Positions 13,701-27,830 of a stretch of DNA of 64,000 nucleotides are shown one piece after another. Location: NCBI GenBank assembly GCA_965153455.1, contig OZ234493.1:2604001-2668000 (forward strand), written 5' to 3'. Position numbers and translations under genes: made by a program. Position 1 is the first letter of the stretch; each line of letters opens with the position of its first letter. The notes below the pieces were generated by a model. It saw only the letters and a program-made list of their open reading frames with translations. It was not told the DNA's origin and did no database searches. Source of the DNA: Sphagnum compactum (taxonomy: Eukaryota).

Positions 13701-16700
13701 TCGTTTTGATTTAGTTTATCAATATTATTTGCACTTTGATTAGTTTGAGGTTGTAAGTATTTTTCATTGTTTACCAAACTGATTTGGTAGTGACTAATTC
13801 AACTATACATCTATCATTCCCATTTAGAATTAGGTAGCTTACATACTATTATCTTTTGCAAAAAAATTACATAAAATGATTTCTGAATGGACTTCAAATT
13901 CAATTTCAATCCGCCTTTTGGTAGATTCCACTTTGTCGATTCATTGAGTGGTCTTAGAAGGAATTCATTTTCCTCATTCTCTAGTTCCTGGGTTTGTTTT
14001 CTGGGTTTGCAAAGCGATTGTGTTTTTCTTAGTGTTTTGAGGATTGTGTTTGGAAGAGTAGCAAAATTTTAGGAAAGTTGTTTGCAAATTTTTGTTCAAG
14101 GCCTTTTCTTCAATGTCAAACTATTCTTTAGTCATGTTGTTTTTGTTTGTTTGCTTGTTATTTTATTTGTTGGAATTGATAGTTGCCATTATTACCATGT
14201 GTGTTTGAACAAATTCCTTGTGTTGTCACACTCTATTTATGTTTTCTTTGAAACCATTGAGTTGGAACATCATTGGTGGAATGAACCTCATTGATTAATT
14301 GGTGCATTAGGGAATGAAAATTGCATGCATAATATTTGTATAGTGCATTATTAATACGTTCCATGAGATAGTATTGTACTCCCACTAACCAATCATAAGC
14401 TTCATTGTGATCATTTAGCCTTGTAACTACATGAGGTTTAAGTTCCCGTGCCATCTCAATTTCATTCAACAAGCTTCCAATTTGTGTTTCCATTCCTTTC
14501 ATAGGACCTTTGAATTCTTGGAAGTTCAAGAGGAAATGGAAGACCACATCCATGGGAAAATATTGTGCTAACCTCTCTACATTGTGAATTGTGTTTGATA
14601 GTTGCTTGATGCATTGTAGAATCTCATCATCTTGCAACTGAATTGGATCCATATTCTTCTTTATAAAAAGCTTATTGAAAATAAATTAGTCACAATTACT
14701 GAACCTATTATCTCAAAGATGATACATGAGGATGGTAAACACAATGCACAAGCAACAACAAGAAGTTGAATTCTTCTAGGAATGGAGTTATAAAAACACC
14801 ACATTAATAGTGCAATAATTTCCAAATTTTGTTGTAATAATATTGGTTTTCGTTCTTTGAAAAGAGAAAAAAATGTGAGGAGAAAAAGGAATGATGCAAA
14901 ATCAAAAGCAAAATGTGAGGTCGTAGAGGCTAGATGTTTTTGTGCAACATATTTGGCAATTATGTAAATGTTGTGTTGAGCTTGCACACATTGCCAAGTC
15001 TCCATGACTTCTTCATACACTTGCAACAAAAGTTGTTGTTTCTTTGGTGTTGTTTGTTGTGGACTTGGAGAGTTTTGCTATTGGAGGAGCAAAATGAAGA
15101 GGGGGCAATCCTCCAACCTTTGTGATAGTGTAAAATAATTTCAAGGAATGATGTTCTTTGAAAACATGAGAACCTTTAGGGCTTAGGAACATTGGTTCAT
15201 AATACTAACATTGAGTTAAAGAGTCCTATGAGCTGTTAGCGAACATCACCATTTAAATAAAATATCTAGATTTTTTAAAGATTTGGTGTTAAGTTACTAT
15301 GCTCTTAATATTCTCTTGTAGTGCCACATAAGTAGCCACCTCATATTTGATGTTAGCTAACATTTTATATGTGAATCTTACAAAATTGTATATGAAAAAT
15401 CCTTTAACATTGAGTTATGGATGACTTGCAATTAGGTGTGAATCCACCTTTAAATGTGTAGCCAATAGACTTGAATGTGACAGCACTCTCCCCAATTTAA
15501 ATTAGTTTTTTAGTGCAATTTGGTGATTTTTTTCCACATAAAAGAGGGAATTGATCCTAAGGCAATGGAAGTTCCTCTATGAAAATTCATGAAATCTTGG
15601 GATGAAATAAAGTTCATCCAAGAAAGTTCATCCATAATTCTATTTAACAATTATATGAAAATTCAGGTGCCTATATTCTGCAAGTACTGTGTATTCCAAT
15701 ACTATCTTTTCTGTTTGCTATATTTAAAATAATTAAAAAATAGTACTAGTGACATATAATGTTTTTCCTTAAATCAGATTTTTGAATTTTCAGAAAATTA
15801 GGCCATGTGGTTTGGAATTTTTTACACTTCCAACAAGAAATTACTGTCAGAATTTCTTAAATGTTTTGACATCTAATATTTTTCTGCAAAAATTAAAATA
15901 TTTAATATCAAAGAAAAAGGGCAATATTACAGAAAAACATTTACTATATTTCTGATATTTTACAATATTCTAATAGTTTATGATATTTTCTGCCTTTTAA
16001 AAAACATTTAATTTCACATTTTGAAATCTCTGGTGATTTTATCAGAAATAGGGAACATGAGAAAATAATGTCATGCTTTTTGTTATTTGATATATTTATT
16101 TTTGGAAATTTCAACATTTCTGAAAATAATATAATTAGTGTCAAAGCTGCCAAGGTACACTATTAGGGTATGCCCATGGTTATTCAATTATTTTTGCCCC
16201 AGTCTGCCCTTTGCCCCATTTTTTTTTTCACCTTGGCATTTCTAGACAGGTTTGTATCCGTAAAGTAAGGAAAATTTATTAAAACTCAGTATGAAATGCT
16301 GAAACTCAGCATTTAATGCACAAGGTTCGAGAGGGATTACAGTAGCTGTACGGGTAGGAGTAGTGAATATATATATATGTAGCAGCAGTGGAGGCGCTCA
16401 GGAAAAAAAATTCAATTTTGATGGTTTTCTCAGTTTCACCCTGCCTTTCTTTTTTCCCCCTTGAATGCTAATGTACTTTTTTGCAGGTTTAAAAAAAAAA
16501 TCTCACCCTGTTTATGACCGAACTCAGGGTACTGGTGCTGTCTTTCCCTGACTTTACCAATAACTCTAATATGTATAAAAAATAAAAAATAAAGATAAAT
16601 AACTATATAACAGTTACACTGTTATTATTTTGAGTGGTAGAATACTTAAGAATATTTATGCTTTATATGTATTTGGCGAATTTAAATTATTTTTTCTAAA

Positions 16701-19700
16701 TTTGGCGATTAGGGCCATTCCTTTCCACAAAAAATGTTAGAATGTGTAGAAAAAATAAAATTTCAGGTTGAAACAATGAAAATAAATTCCCCCAAAAAGA
16801 ACCTAGCAATGTGGTATATAGAGAGGTTTTGGAAATGTAATTTGTAGCTGTAATTTTTGTAATATGTACCGTCAAATACACACACACCTGTGCATTAGGC
16901 ACAGGGTTCAAACTAGTATGTGTAAATAAGACATCATTGCACACCCAAGCACACAGCCTGTTAGGCCAAGTCACAGCAAATAGCCTAATTTCCAAAGGCA
17001 TATATTCCAACCAGGGTTTGTTTTTCAATTTTGTGATGTAGCCACAATGGCAAAGCATCCACAAAAGGAAAGAGCCCTCTTTGGCTACAGTTCAGAGAGG
17101 ATATTAGACATTTTCTAGAATCCTGCTATGTATTGGTGACAGTGTTTTTTCTTTCTGTTCAATTTTATGATGTTGCTGCATTGGCCATCTTCCATAAGGA
17201 GATTCATCCATAAGAAGATTTAGCCACACTTGGCTATAGACAAGCTATGAGGGTAGAAATTTTATTAAAATCCTTTTATATCCTCACTACTTGCTTGTTG
17301 AAAGTGTAGTAGAAACATGGCGATTTTATGAAAAAAAAATTCAATTTTTGGCAATTTTTTTTGGAAATTTTTTGTGGGGAAATATTCAACATAATATATA
17401 CTTTTTTTGAAAAGGTGTTGCCTAGATGCAAAACTTTGAACAAAAGATTTTTGGCTGGTTCCAAGAGTTTGTCAATCTAAAATAAAAAATCACCCCAGAC
17501 ATCAGTCAAACCCTCCACACTGCAGGGACAGGTCCTGAGGAAGAGAGGAGGGCATACTTACTTCCCCTGTAAATTGACTCAAGGAGTATCAAGTCAGCTA
17601 TTTTCATATAACTTCCCAACAAAAAAAATTATTATGGTATTATTCCCTCTCCATGAACTTAATAACTTAGGCCCTAGGTTTTCAATGTTTTTCATCCATG
17701 TGAAAAAACATGGGAATTGGCTAACTTATTAGTAGCTAATGAAGTAGAGTCAAAGTCAGTCTTTCAATCTTGTAAGTTTCGAAACGGTGGCTTTGGAATG
17801 TGTAAGCAAGCTCATCAGCACACGCCCACAAGATATGACTACTAGGCAATTTTCAACTCCAGGCATGGAATCCGAAAAATCATGCCTTGCACAGAGAGTG
17901 TGTGTCTGACTGTTTGCTAGAATTTGCTAAAGCCTTTCATTCCATTCACATCAAGGAAATACATGTGAATTGAATGATGTACCTTCATGATGCCTTACAA
18001 TGTTATGAGTGTAAGTTTCAATTGAACAATAGATGAGGGTAGTTTTTTCAATTCGAAATAGTCATTTAAAAAAAGCTTTTGGAGTGCATTCAATTGACCA
18101 AGAGATGAAGGTAGTTTATATGGCGTGTAAATCTTGTGTAAGTGTGAATGATTGAGGGTCCAAAATAGACCGAGTGGAGGTGATGGTGTAACCTGTGCTG
18201 GTCAACTCAGCTGAGTTTGTCGATTATAGACTAGGTAAGTTTGTGAGAGGTCGATGGATGGATGGTTACTGGACATATCGTGATAGTGCCAAAGGTATTT
18301 TTGGTAACCAACGACCTCAAGCTGCTTACTAGATGTAATCAAGGGGAAGGCTAATCTCACTGACTTTGTATTGCATTCTGATTGTGTCTTGAGTTGCGTG
18401 CCATTTTCTGATACAAGCCTTCTTCTTCTTCTTCAATGTAGATGAATAATCTACTTCTCATCCATGAAGAGCCCTTTCTGTCTGTGAAGAGGGCTGCTTA
18501 TTAGAAATATTGGTTACCTCGATTTGGTGATTATGTCCTGTAACCAGCTTGAGGCCACTAACTAGCTACTGGATATACTCTGAATGCTCCCATGCCTTGA
18601 CTATATCTGGTAGCTGACATCCTCTTGTCCGTTTATCTAGTCCACAACGTACCATTCATAGGGATTGCATGATAACATAACCCTCTTGTTGATGGATGAA
18701 AAATCATGTAACCCTCTTTTCAATGGATGAAAACTCATTTTCCAATGTCCTGTCCAAATGATGTACACCTAGAAAAAGAAGGGCTCCAAGGTCAGTGGAT
18801 ACCTGGATGGTAACCACTTTCATTACCTACCTACTGACCTATGATGCATTATTCACTTACATAGGTAGTAGTCACCTAGATAGTGTGAGGTGGAAGTAGG
18901 TTTACACCACATAAGTTACCAAGGGTGGAACCGTGGTAACTCAGGTGTGGTTCATCAACAACCAAATGAATCAATAACAAGTTTCTAATGGTGGGTGGTG
19001 GGTTACAAGATCCTCAGAAAGGCTGCAAATACCCTAACCCAATCTCTCAAAGTTGTAAGAGCAAACTCAACTCAAAACTTCCAATTTGAGATGCAATGCA
19101 GACAATTGTCATGCATGTTAGAAAGCAGCAAAAAGGAAGTATCTGATATCACATGGCAAATTCACAGAAAGAAAGTGGGGGTGATGGAACTGCCTGAAGC
19201 TGCTTACCATCTAGATCTGGATAGATCTGAGAGATGGCACCACAAGCATATCATTTCTTACATTTTGGGGTAAGTTCCTTTGATGGGTTTCAGTTTACTG
19301 GGATTGATCTGCTCAGAGGTCATGAGAACCCTAATCTCATCATCTAAAGGGATTCTTGGCAGGAGATGCCAGTGTTGCCTTGCTGCTAGATCTCTCAAGA
19401 GACTCTGGTGACAGTCCCAACATTTGTGTGAATGTATACTTCATATGGTCAGCATGATTTCTTAGTGTGCGATTTTTGCAGCTTGAGAAGCAGTGGCATC
19501 ACTTTAGTTCAAGTTCTCATGGTGTTTGTGAATATTAAAAGAGTTTCAGAAGAATAGACTTGTCCTTTGTGAAGCATTGTGCAACAGTCAAGACCCAGAC
19601 CCTCCACCATTGATTGCAACGTTGGCATCATTGACCTGAAATACAGTCATGCATTCTCAAGCTGCAAATCATATTTCTCACTTGCGTAATGCATCTTCAG

Positions 19701-21099
19701 CTGCTTCATATATTACGACAATTGCAGAAAACCCCCACAACAAACATTTTGAAAACTAACATAAAAAGAATGAGTATGGTCATAACCTTGTAATTGTCAT
19801 TGAAAAAACAAACCATTGTAAACTAACAAATAAAAAAGAACTCCCATATTCTCCTGGAGCACAAAGAGAGTTTTGGTGAAAGCTGTTTACAACATGGGCC
19901 TGGGTCACATAGTTTTTCACAGCTTCTTGTCATGCCTGCAACCCTCAGCAGCTCATCCATCTAAGACTTCCAGTTTCACACACATTCATAGTTTGTCTTT
20001 GGCAGGCCAAGCCCCCCTCCTTGTGCATAGGGTTTCCTCCCACACACCCTAACTCCTTACTAGCCATCTTCTTTGTCAATCAGAGGTTAATTGAAGATAC
20101 TTGGCTCTTGCAATACTTCCATGTTCCTTCTCACCTCCTATGCACTTCAGGAACTCTTTGTTGTCTGCCATAGTTCTCACAAGCATGCTTGTTGGTCAGA
20201 GACATTTTCTACATGGGACCTTCCACAATAGTCAAGTATTATTATATTTCTTTGCACATGGAGTAAATGAAACCCCCCAAACTCTAGACTCTGAGACTAA
20301 AAGCTACAAAAGCCAGGAAGAAGCAAAATCTTCAAATCCAATGGAGGTTGCAGATTACAACAAGTGACTCATTGCGTAATGGCTCTATGCCTCATGGCAA
20401 GTTCAAACCAGCGATAGTTCAAATAGGAAATGTTCCACAAAGTTCCCAAAATTCAACTCACAATTAGTCTACAACAACACCTCATGAACATTCCTCAAAA
20501 TGTGAAACCAATTGAAAACTACGTCATCCATAGTCGCCAATAAACGTCTCACAAAGAACATAGACATGCTTTGCTATGGATGACAATCAAGAGGAGTCGT
20601 GTGTGAAAATAGAAACCAAAAAAAATCCAACTTTAATAGTGATACTCAAGTTTTAACTACTCCCACGAGCTCCACTTTTGCAAAGTTTGTGGTTACCATC
20701 AACCTAGTTTAGTTCTTACTAAACCTACATAAACCCAAATACAAGCACAATTGACAATCAGAGAAAGAAGGTGTCTTCAACACAATATCCACTTGGTTGA
20801 TATCTAATGAAAAGAGGGACACATTAGTTGGATTTGCAAGTTTTGGGAAACATTGTTGTAACCTAGGGAGATAGAGAGAGGAAGGGTGTCAAGATTGTTC
20901 GTAAACTCATATTTTGGACCCAACAAGGTACATGAGAGATTGTCACATACATACTAATAGGAGGACATAGCTCCATGTGTATATATGAAATGGCCATCTT
21001 GCTTTGAATGAAACTTCAATGAAGGTTTAATGTGGTCTTTGATTCTACCTGCATGATGAGATGCAAATCCACGTATAGGCATTTCACATAAGTATGTGG

Positions 21100-22865
21100 T
21101 AAGCAAGGATGATATGTATATACTTAGGTTATACGTACTTAATTTATATGTACATAGCCAAACTACATACCTACTCTATACATACCTAGCTCTACATATA
21201 AGTTACATTATTTAAATACCCTACCATACCTTGCCTATACCCTACATATACCCTACCCAACCTACCTATGCCTTTCTTATACCTTAGCCTTACATTAAGA
21301 AGTGAATACCTTAAATACTTAAATATATTGCCTTACCCTAGCCTAATTTACCTATACCCTACCCCTAAATAAATTACATACCATATGTATACCTTACTCT
21401 ATCTTACGTACCTTATGTTAACTTAAATAAATCATGTCCTATATACCTACCCTACTTTACCCTAAATACCCTACCTACCTATACCCTACCTTACATACAT
21501 ATATATACTACCTATTGTAACTTATAACTCCCATTATTTACTTAGGTATAATTAACTAACAACTCCTAGGTTAAGTTAAATACCTACAATCATACCTATG
21601 TAATACATTATTAGTTGGTTACCTAATTATTTACCTAAAATACATGAATAATTTAGTGTGTAACAAAGTAATTATATATTAATTATTGCAAATACATTTT
21701 TAATAATATAAAATGAATTAGGTCAAATTTGTGAAGAATTAATTACAATATGCTTCTAATTATTAATCAACAATATAGTTCATTATAATTATATTGATAT
21801 TTTATATAATTTAAAGATCTACTATATGGTTGCAATTATTAATTACAACTATATTACTAGATATTAACTATTACTAATTAGCATATTTTTTACTTACTTC
21901 TTTATCTATTTATTTTATTTCATTAATGTGCATTACATAATTACTTATAGATAATGTTGTATGAATTAAAATGTTTTAATTTTGTATGGATATGTGAATG
22001 TTTCTCCTTCCCAAAAGTTTTCCCCATATTGTTTATCATCATTTCCAAGTTATGAAAAATATAAATGGAAGCATTCCAAATATCTAATATATAAAAAGTA
22101 TTCAAAAAAGGAGGGCCATTTGGGATGAGCTAATTCAAATGGTTCAACCTTAAAAACCAAATCTAGAATAAAATAGGATTTTTTTACATAGGTGTAGGTT
22201 TAATCAACGCGGCCTAGATCTAGGCTTAGTCTAGTGGCCTAGCTTTAGGTGCAACCTAGGAAAAGACATAACATAGGCTCCTAGGGTAGGCCTAGGTTCC
22301 TAGACCTAGGCGCAATTGCTTAAGCTTCAGGTTTTAAGTTCTTCGACTTATGTTTAGGTGCTTAAGCTTAAACTTTAAGTTCTGAGACCTAACTCAAGTA
22401 TTTAGTTTTAAGCTTAACTTAGGTTTAACCTAGGTCATTTAGGTTTTAGCTAAATGACATAGCCTAGGTGGCCAATGTTTAAATGCCACATGGCCAAGCC
22501 TAAATGGTCAATGTCTAAATGCCATGTGACTTAGCTTGGATGGTCAATGTTTAAATGCCATGTGGCATTTAACAAATCAAAATTCTATTTGACTAATCAA
22601 TCGGGGTTTGAGTGATCACCCTAATGAACACCACTTAAAACCACCCAAAGAACCACTAATGAATACACCTACTGCCCAAGCACCCTAAAAAAACCACACA
22701 AAAAATTTGAACCAAACCACCCAATCATCTATTTAGTGGTTTTATTATCCAACCAAGGACCAACCATTACCTTAAACCACTAAGCTTATTGAAAACCCAC
22801 TATAGTGGTACCACCACAAAATGAGTGGTTTGCACATTGGTCTAACCACATATTTTCTAGTAGTG
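21100..22865. mobile_element. One end of a CACTA (En/Spm) element with low-complexity subterminal repeats
   Basis: TTTTCTAGTAGTG at 22853-22865 is the reverse complement of the CACTACTAGAAAA TIR. It is preceded by AACCAC-rich repeats (22625-22850), a ~35-bp unit x3 (22468-22566), and CCTAGG- and CCCTAC-rich tracts. The other end was not found, so the left boundary is approximate. Confidence 0.55.
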
Positions 22866-22869
22866 CAAA

Positions 22870-23330
22870 AAATGTATAAACAATGGTAGGGGTTTGTAGC
22901 CCACCTTTCTTCTTCAAGCCCAACACTTTTTGCCCCAACTATATCTTGCTTATTCCATTCATCCCAAAATTTTCAATGACTAGAGTACACATATTTTCAA
23001 AAGGTATAGATCTTGTTAATACCTTAGTGTGTTATCAAACTTTTTTTTGACTTGCAAGTGGAATAACCGAATAACAAATGACCCATCTTTGTGAAATTGA
23101 ATTAGAACTTGAACTCACATCAAGAGAAAAGGACTCCATGGGTGCATAGGAAGCCCAAGATGTAGCATCGCGGTTTTTTGTTTCCCAATAGTCTTTTTGT
23201 TTTGCCAACAATAAAATGGTTGAAGGATTTCCAATTGTTGATGTATGAGCTTTAGAATGAATAGTAGATCCTAAACATTTTGCTTCCAATCTAGGTTTTT
23301 TGGGAAAAACCACCTCTATTCGAATTTTTG
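22870..23330 (-). pseudogene. Possible hAT transposase N-terminal BED-finger relic
   Basis: DYWETKNRDATSWASY...QRWVICYSV followed, after a frameshift, by IYTF*KYVYSSH*KFWDEW; this resembles the W..F..C..C..L.KH...H spacing of BED fingers. It is cut off by the CACTA end. Confidence 0.3.
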
Positions 23331-25326
23331 TGAACTTTCCATGAACCTTAAACCAAATAAAAATGACGAACATGAATAAATAGTGAGGAATCCCACCAAA
23401 GTAGGAGCATAAGGACATAATGACCAAAAATTGAATGCCAAAATAGGAACATCAAGAACACAACAACCAAGAGCTGAGCACCGGAGTAAGACCATCAAGA
23501 ACATGATGACTAAGAGCAGAAGCACAAGAGCATGACCATGAAAAACACAATGACTAGGAGTTTGAGTGCCGTTGTAGGACTAGCAAGAACACAACAATCA
23601 AAAGCTGAGTGAGAGAGCAAGACCACCAAGAACATGATGGCCAAGAGCTAAACACTAGAGTAGGAGCACCAAAAACACACAGACCATGAATCAAAACCCT
23701 AATCCGACGAAGTCGAAACCCTAAAAATTTGAGAAAGAGGGAAAACCCTAGTCGGAAGTGCAAAGGAAAAGGAGTAATGAAAAAATAACAAGAAGAAAAA
23801 TAAGCTTTTTAACTTACAAAACGTTTTTTTTTTACTCTTTGGACCTCTCCTACTTTCAAACCTCATAACTTTCTTATTTCTTATTCATTTAAAATGATTT
23901 AAAGTGCCACCTGAAGTTCTACAAATCAACTTGAAGCTCTAATAACAACAAACAATATACAAGGACTTTTTTAGGTGTTTGCGAACCAGCATTTGTGATG
24001 TTCGATGGTTTATTTTTTTTATGTTCTTAACCCCCTTTACTTTGGGGGATGTAACTTTCTCATTTTTAATCCATTTTCAACAATTGTTAGTGTGTCAAAC
24101 GTGCCAAGAGGAGGGGTTCAAGTTTTGTTATGACACTAAAAGCAAGGGCGCCTTCCCCTTAGATCTTGCCTGCCCTGAGTGCTTAAGTGTTGGATCACCA
24201 GCCAATCTACCTTAGTGTTGTCAAGGTATTGTCCAGCCATATACCCCTTATTTGAATCATTATGAATGTTTACCAAATCCAACATAGAGTGTTAATTATT
24301 CCCTCAAACCCCACCCATAAACATGAAAAACTGAACAGGCTAAAGTGAGATCTTGAATCTCATCACTTAATTCAATCACTATCAGTTTTATGGGTGGGGT
24401 CAAAAAAAAAAAACAAATTAATTAAAACTTGGATGTGAGAAATATTTTTGTAGAGTCATGTTCTGAAGGCTGCTGCAGTAACCAGCAATACTGGCCATTG
24501 CCAAGAACCCAAGTTCGACAATGAAGACGAAACATCGTCATCTTCACATTGACACTGCTGTAAAGCAACACCACAAGTGGGTATCCGGTATGTGACCCTG
24601 CAAAATAAAAATTGGATGAAGAAAAGTCAACACTTTTGAGGGTTTTTCATCGGTCAAATAGGACCAAGAGAAGGTCAATAGTGTGACAAGTACAACACAT
24701 ACGTATTTCATAAATTGCATATGGATGAAATGTCATAAGGACTAGGCATTTCTGGGTTGTGAAAAGACACGTCTTGGGATTCATTGCACCTTCTTGGGTT
24801 CTTTGCTCTTTCCCAAGTTACCAACTTCTTGGCCAATTGTGCTTTGTACTACAGATTAGCTCTTCAATAGTTACTTACGATCAGAAGTGGAAGTGGAATC
24901 CATCTCTCTCACTGGGACACAATGGTCAGATTATTCTGCAAGGCTCTTTGCACTTCCAAAACCGGAGGTCATACTGGGAAGTTGCAACTCTTGCAATTTG
25001 GCATGTAGATCAAATACTGGCCTTCCCCTTATAAATCCAAGCAACAGGAAGGCAGCAAAGAATGTGGACAGTATCATAAACAGTGGTCTAATCCAATTGG
25101 GATTCTGCAAATTCCACTCTGGACTCAATCCAGTGGCCATTGGCTGTTTACAGAAATTGTGAGCTTGCAAGAAGAACCTAATTCATGGACGTGGCATGGA
25201 AACAAAACATAATGGAGAAAGTAGGTAGTTCTATTGAAAAGTTTCATTTTCAGAAAGATGAAAGGAATGTCCCATCCTATAAATAAACTATATATACCAC
25301 TGTTGACGAAAACTTATGTTGCTTGT

Positions 25327-25398
25327 GGTTTTGTGGTGTAGTGGTTAGCACTCTGGACTTTGAATCCAGCGACCTGGGTTCAAATCCCGGCAGAACCT
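25327..25398 (+). tRNA. trnQ-UUG: tRNA-Gln (anticodon TTG)
   Basis: 72-nt cloverleaf. Acceptor stem GGTTTTG/CAGAACC; A-box TGGTGTAGTGG; anticodon arm CTGGA-CT TTG AA-TCCAG; T-arm CTGGG-TTCAAAT-CCCGG. A TTTT Pol III terminator follows at 25398-25401 and a TATATATA lies about 30-38 nt upstream. Confidence 0.93.
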
Positions 25399-27805
25399 TT
25401 TAGAGATGCTAGTGAATTAGCCCTACTAAAAGTTAGGGTTAGGGTTAGAGTTTGGTGGAAAAAAGGCGAACAGGCAGTCTTCAGTCTGTCCTCATTACCA
25501 TGATGAAGAAGTGGGTCTAGGGTTTCCTAAACCCTAAATGCTGTGAACCTACGTAATGGTGTCCTCGCTCTCAGGCCTGTGCTCTCAGGCCTGTTGTTAC
25601 TCACTGCATGAAAAGGATGTGGGTAATATACTATTTTGTGGGTCTTGACCACAGTGATGATTCTGAATATGTAGAAGCCAAAGAAGGTGAATGTGGTTGT
25701 GGAACTGGTGTGGGGAAGTGTGAGGTTTCACTGATGCAAATCATAAGTGGGCTGGCTGCTAAGGGTTGTTGCCCAAGGTATACTTCCTCATGTCTCTTGT
25801 TGAAAAAATTCAATTGCCAGACCTGTTGAGATGCATCCAAGATGTCTGTGAGATGAGTTTGGTATAGCTTATCTGAAGCAACTCATGTACAACAGACAGG
25901 AGTCAAATGCATTTGGCAGCAGCATAATTGGACAATTGCAAAAATTGGCTCTTTGTACGAGCTTCACATACAAGAATGTTATGAGGGTTATTATCCCATG
26001 CTCCTTGCTTACTGTCACCAGTTGTCCAGTCTGCCCATGTGAATGCTGTGTTCACAAACTGTGGTTTCAATAAGGACCATCATATATCATGTGTATAAGC
26101 CTGCTACCTACTTCACACAATCCTTGTGGAATTTCTCTCAACTTTCACAATTTTAGATCTTTCCCAATGAATTCTTATGCCAGACAACTGTTTTATCTGA
26201 ATGCAGTGTTGTGACTCGTCCCCAGGTCTGTTTCTGGTGTATTTAGTTGTGTTTTGCAAAGTCAAAGCTCCTGGATGGTCTCGGAAGTCTTCTGCAACAC
26301 TTCAGAATTTCTGTTTGTTATGGTTCATTACATGCATTTAGGATGGATGTGAATGGTGTTACCTCCAAAGAGCATTCTATGGAGGTTTTTTTTCTGCATC
26401 CAAGTTGTCACCAGTGGTATGCTTAAAAGGATATGTTCAGGGTGTGAGAAGCCCCAATCCCTACAATCTATGGTAGGCCTCTCTATGCTTTCACTTAGAT
26501 ACTTGTTTGTACAAGGGCAAGCTAAAATGAATTGAAAGCTTATGCTCACAAGCTGTTGCAGCTGGACTAAGGATACTGTTGACTTTTTCTGATCAGCTCT
26601 GCCTCTTAAGTGATAGCTGGTAGCCTGACCAAGTCTTGCCATTGCTTCAAAAGATGTTACAGAAACTCATTATACAGGTTTTTATATGACTGTTTGCCCT
26701 AAGTTTTGAGCAGATTGTTGTATAGTATTCTACAGCCTCTGTCAGGAGCTTGTGGGGAGTTAGGACGGCTAGTCACTGCCATCTATCTATGATAAGGTTA
26801 TGACCACACCCATTCTTCTTGTGTCTGTTTTGTTTTCACCAGAACTGATACATCTATTTGGTCACCTGCAATGCTTTTTGTGGAGTTTTCTCTGCAATCA
26901 CATTGATATTGTTATATGGATGCAGTCTGAGAACCCAAAACTGGAATGAATTGCTGCTGGAAGTGTCAATGAGAGGTTTCAATCCCATTTCCATAACTCT
27001 CAGGTAGGTTTCTTTCAGATGGTTTTGTTGCACAGATATAGTGACTGCTTGAGGGTTAAGCAATAGAACCCTCTCTCCTGCATCTATGAAACTCTGAGTA
27101 AATGCTAAAGAATTTTAGCAGAAAAAATTTACCTAGGCTCTAGCTTGATGTACTGTTGCAGCATAGGCCTCACACAATATCTTCAGTGCTTGATGTGGAG
27201 AGGAGAGACTATTCTTATAAGATACTGCTTGCTATAGCATAGTACCCACACACAGGAGAAGGGGCCAAGAGAATAACTGCAGACTCCAGTCTCTGCAAAA
27301 TCCACATGTCCATTGTTCAGATCCACAAAAGCCATAACGGTGTGGAGCATGTTGTGTGCAGGCCATTGTGCCAATTCACACCCCATATGGAAATTTTGGC
27401 TTGCTGTACTGGGCTCACCCAAATTCCTCACAAGCACCTCAGTGGGTGCAATGGCTTGTACCCAGCCAGCATTTTCCATAACACAGAATTTGTATCACAA
27501 TTAGGGGATTCAAATGTTGATTCTCATTTTATTATCCTTCAATTATTGAGCAATATGCGATTCTCTCAAATATCCGTTTTCCTGCATTTGAGTGGATTGA
27601 TTGCCTATTGAATCCTTGATGATCCAAAACTCATTCTTATGAACACTTTCTCACCCATGGGGTGTAGGGACTTTAATAAAAGATTGTAAACTACAAAGGC
27701 ATAGTCTACCACAAATTGGCTAAAGACGGAGGTGCACTGGGAAGGCCACAGTGAACCAGCACCCACCAGCACACGATCCACTGGATGCCTGTTATGACTC
27801 AGGTG

Positions 27806-27830
27806 TAAACCCTAAACCCTAAACCCTAAA
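27806..27830 (-). repeat. Interstitial plant telomere repeat (TTTAGGG), ~3.5 units
   Basis: TAAACCCTAAACCCTAAACCCTAAA. Further short arrays at 25433-25448 (TTAGGG type), 25518-25538, 30597-30611 and 31813-31832. Confidence 0.8.

Noticed and set aside
25499..25670. tRNA-snoRNA dicistron (ATGATGA box C after tRNA-Gln)
   Set aside because: A TTTT terminator directly follows the tRNA, and there is no suitably placed box D or terminal stem.
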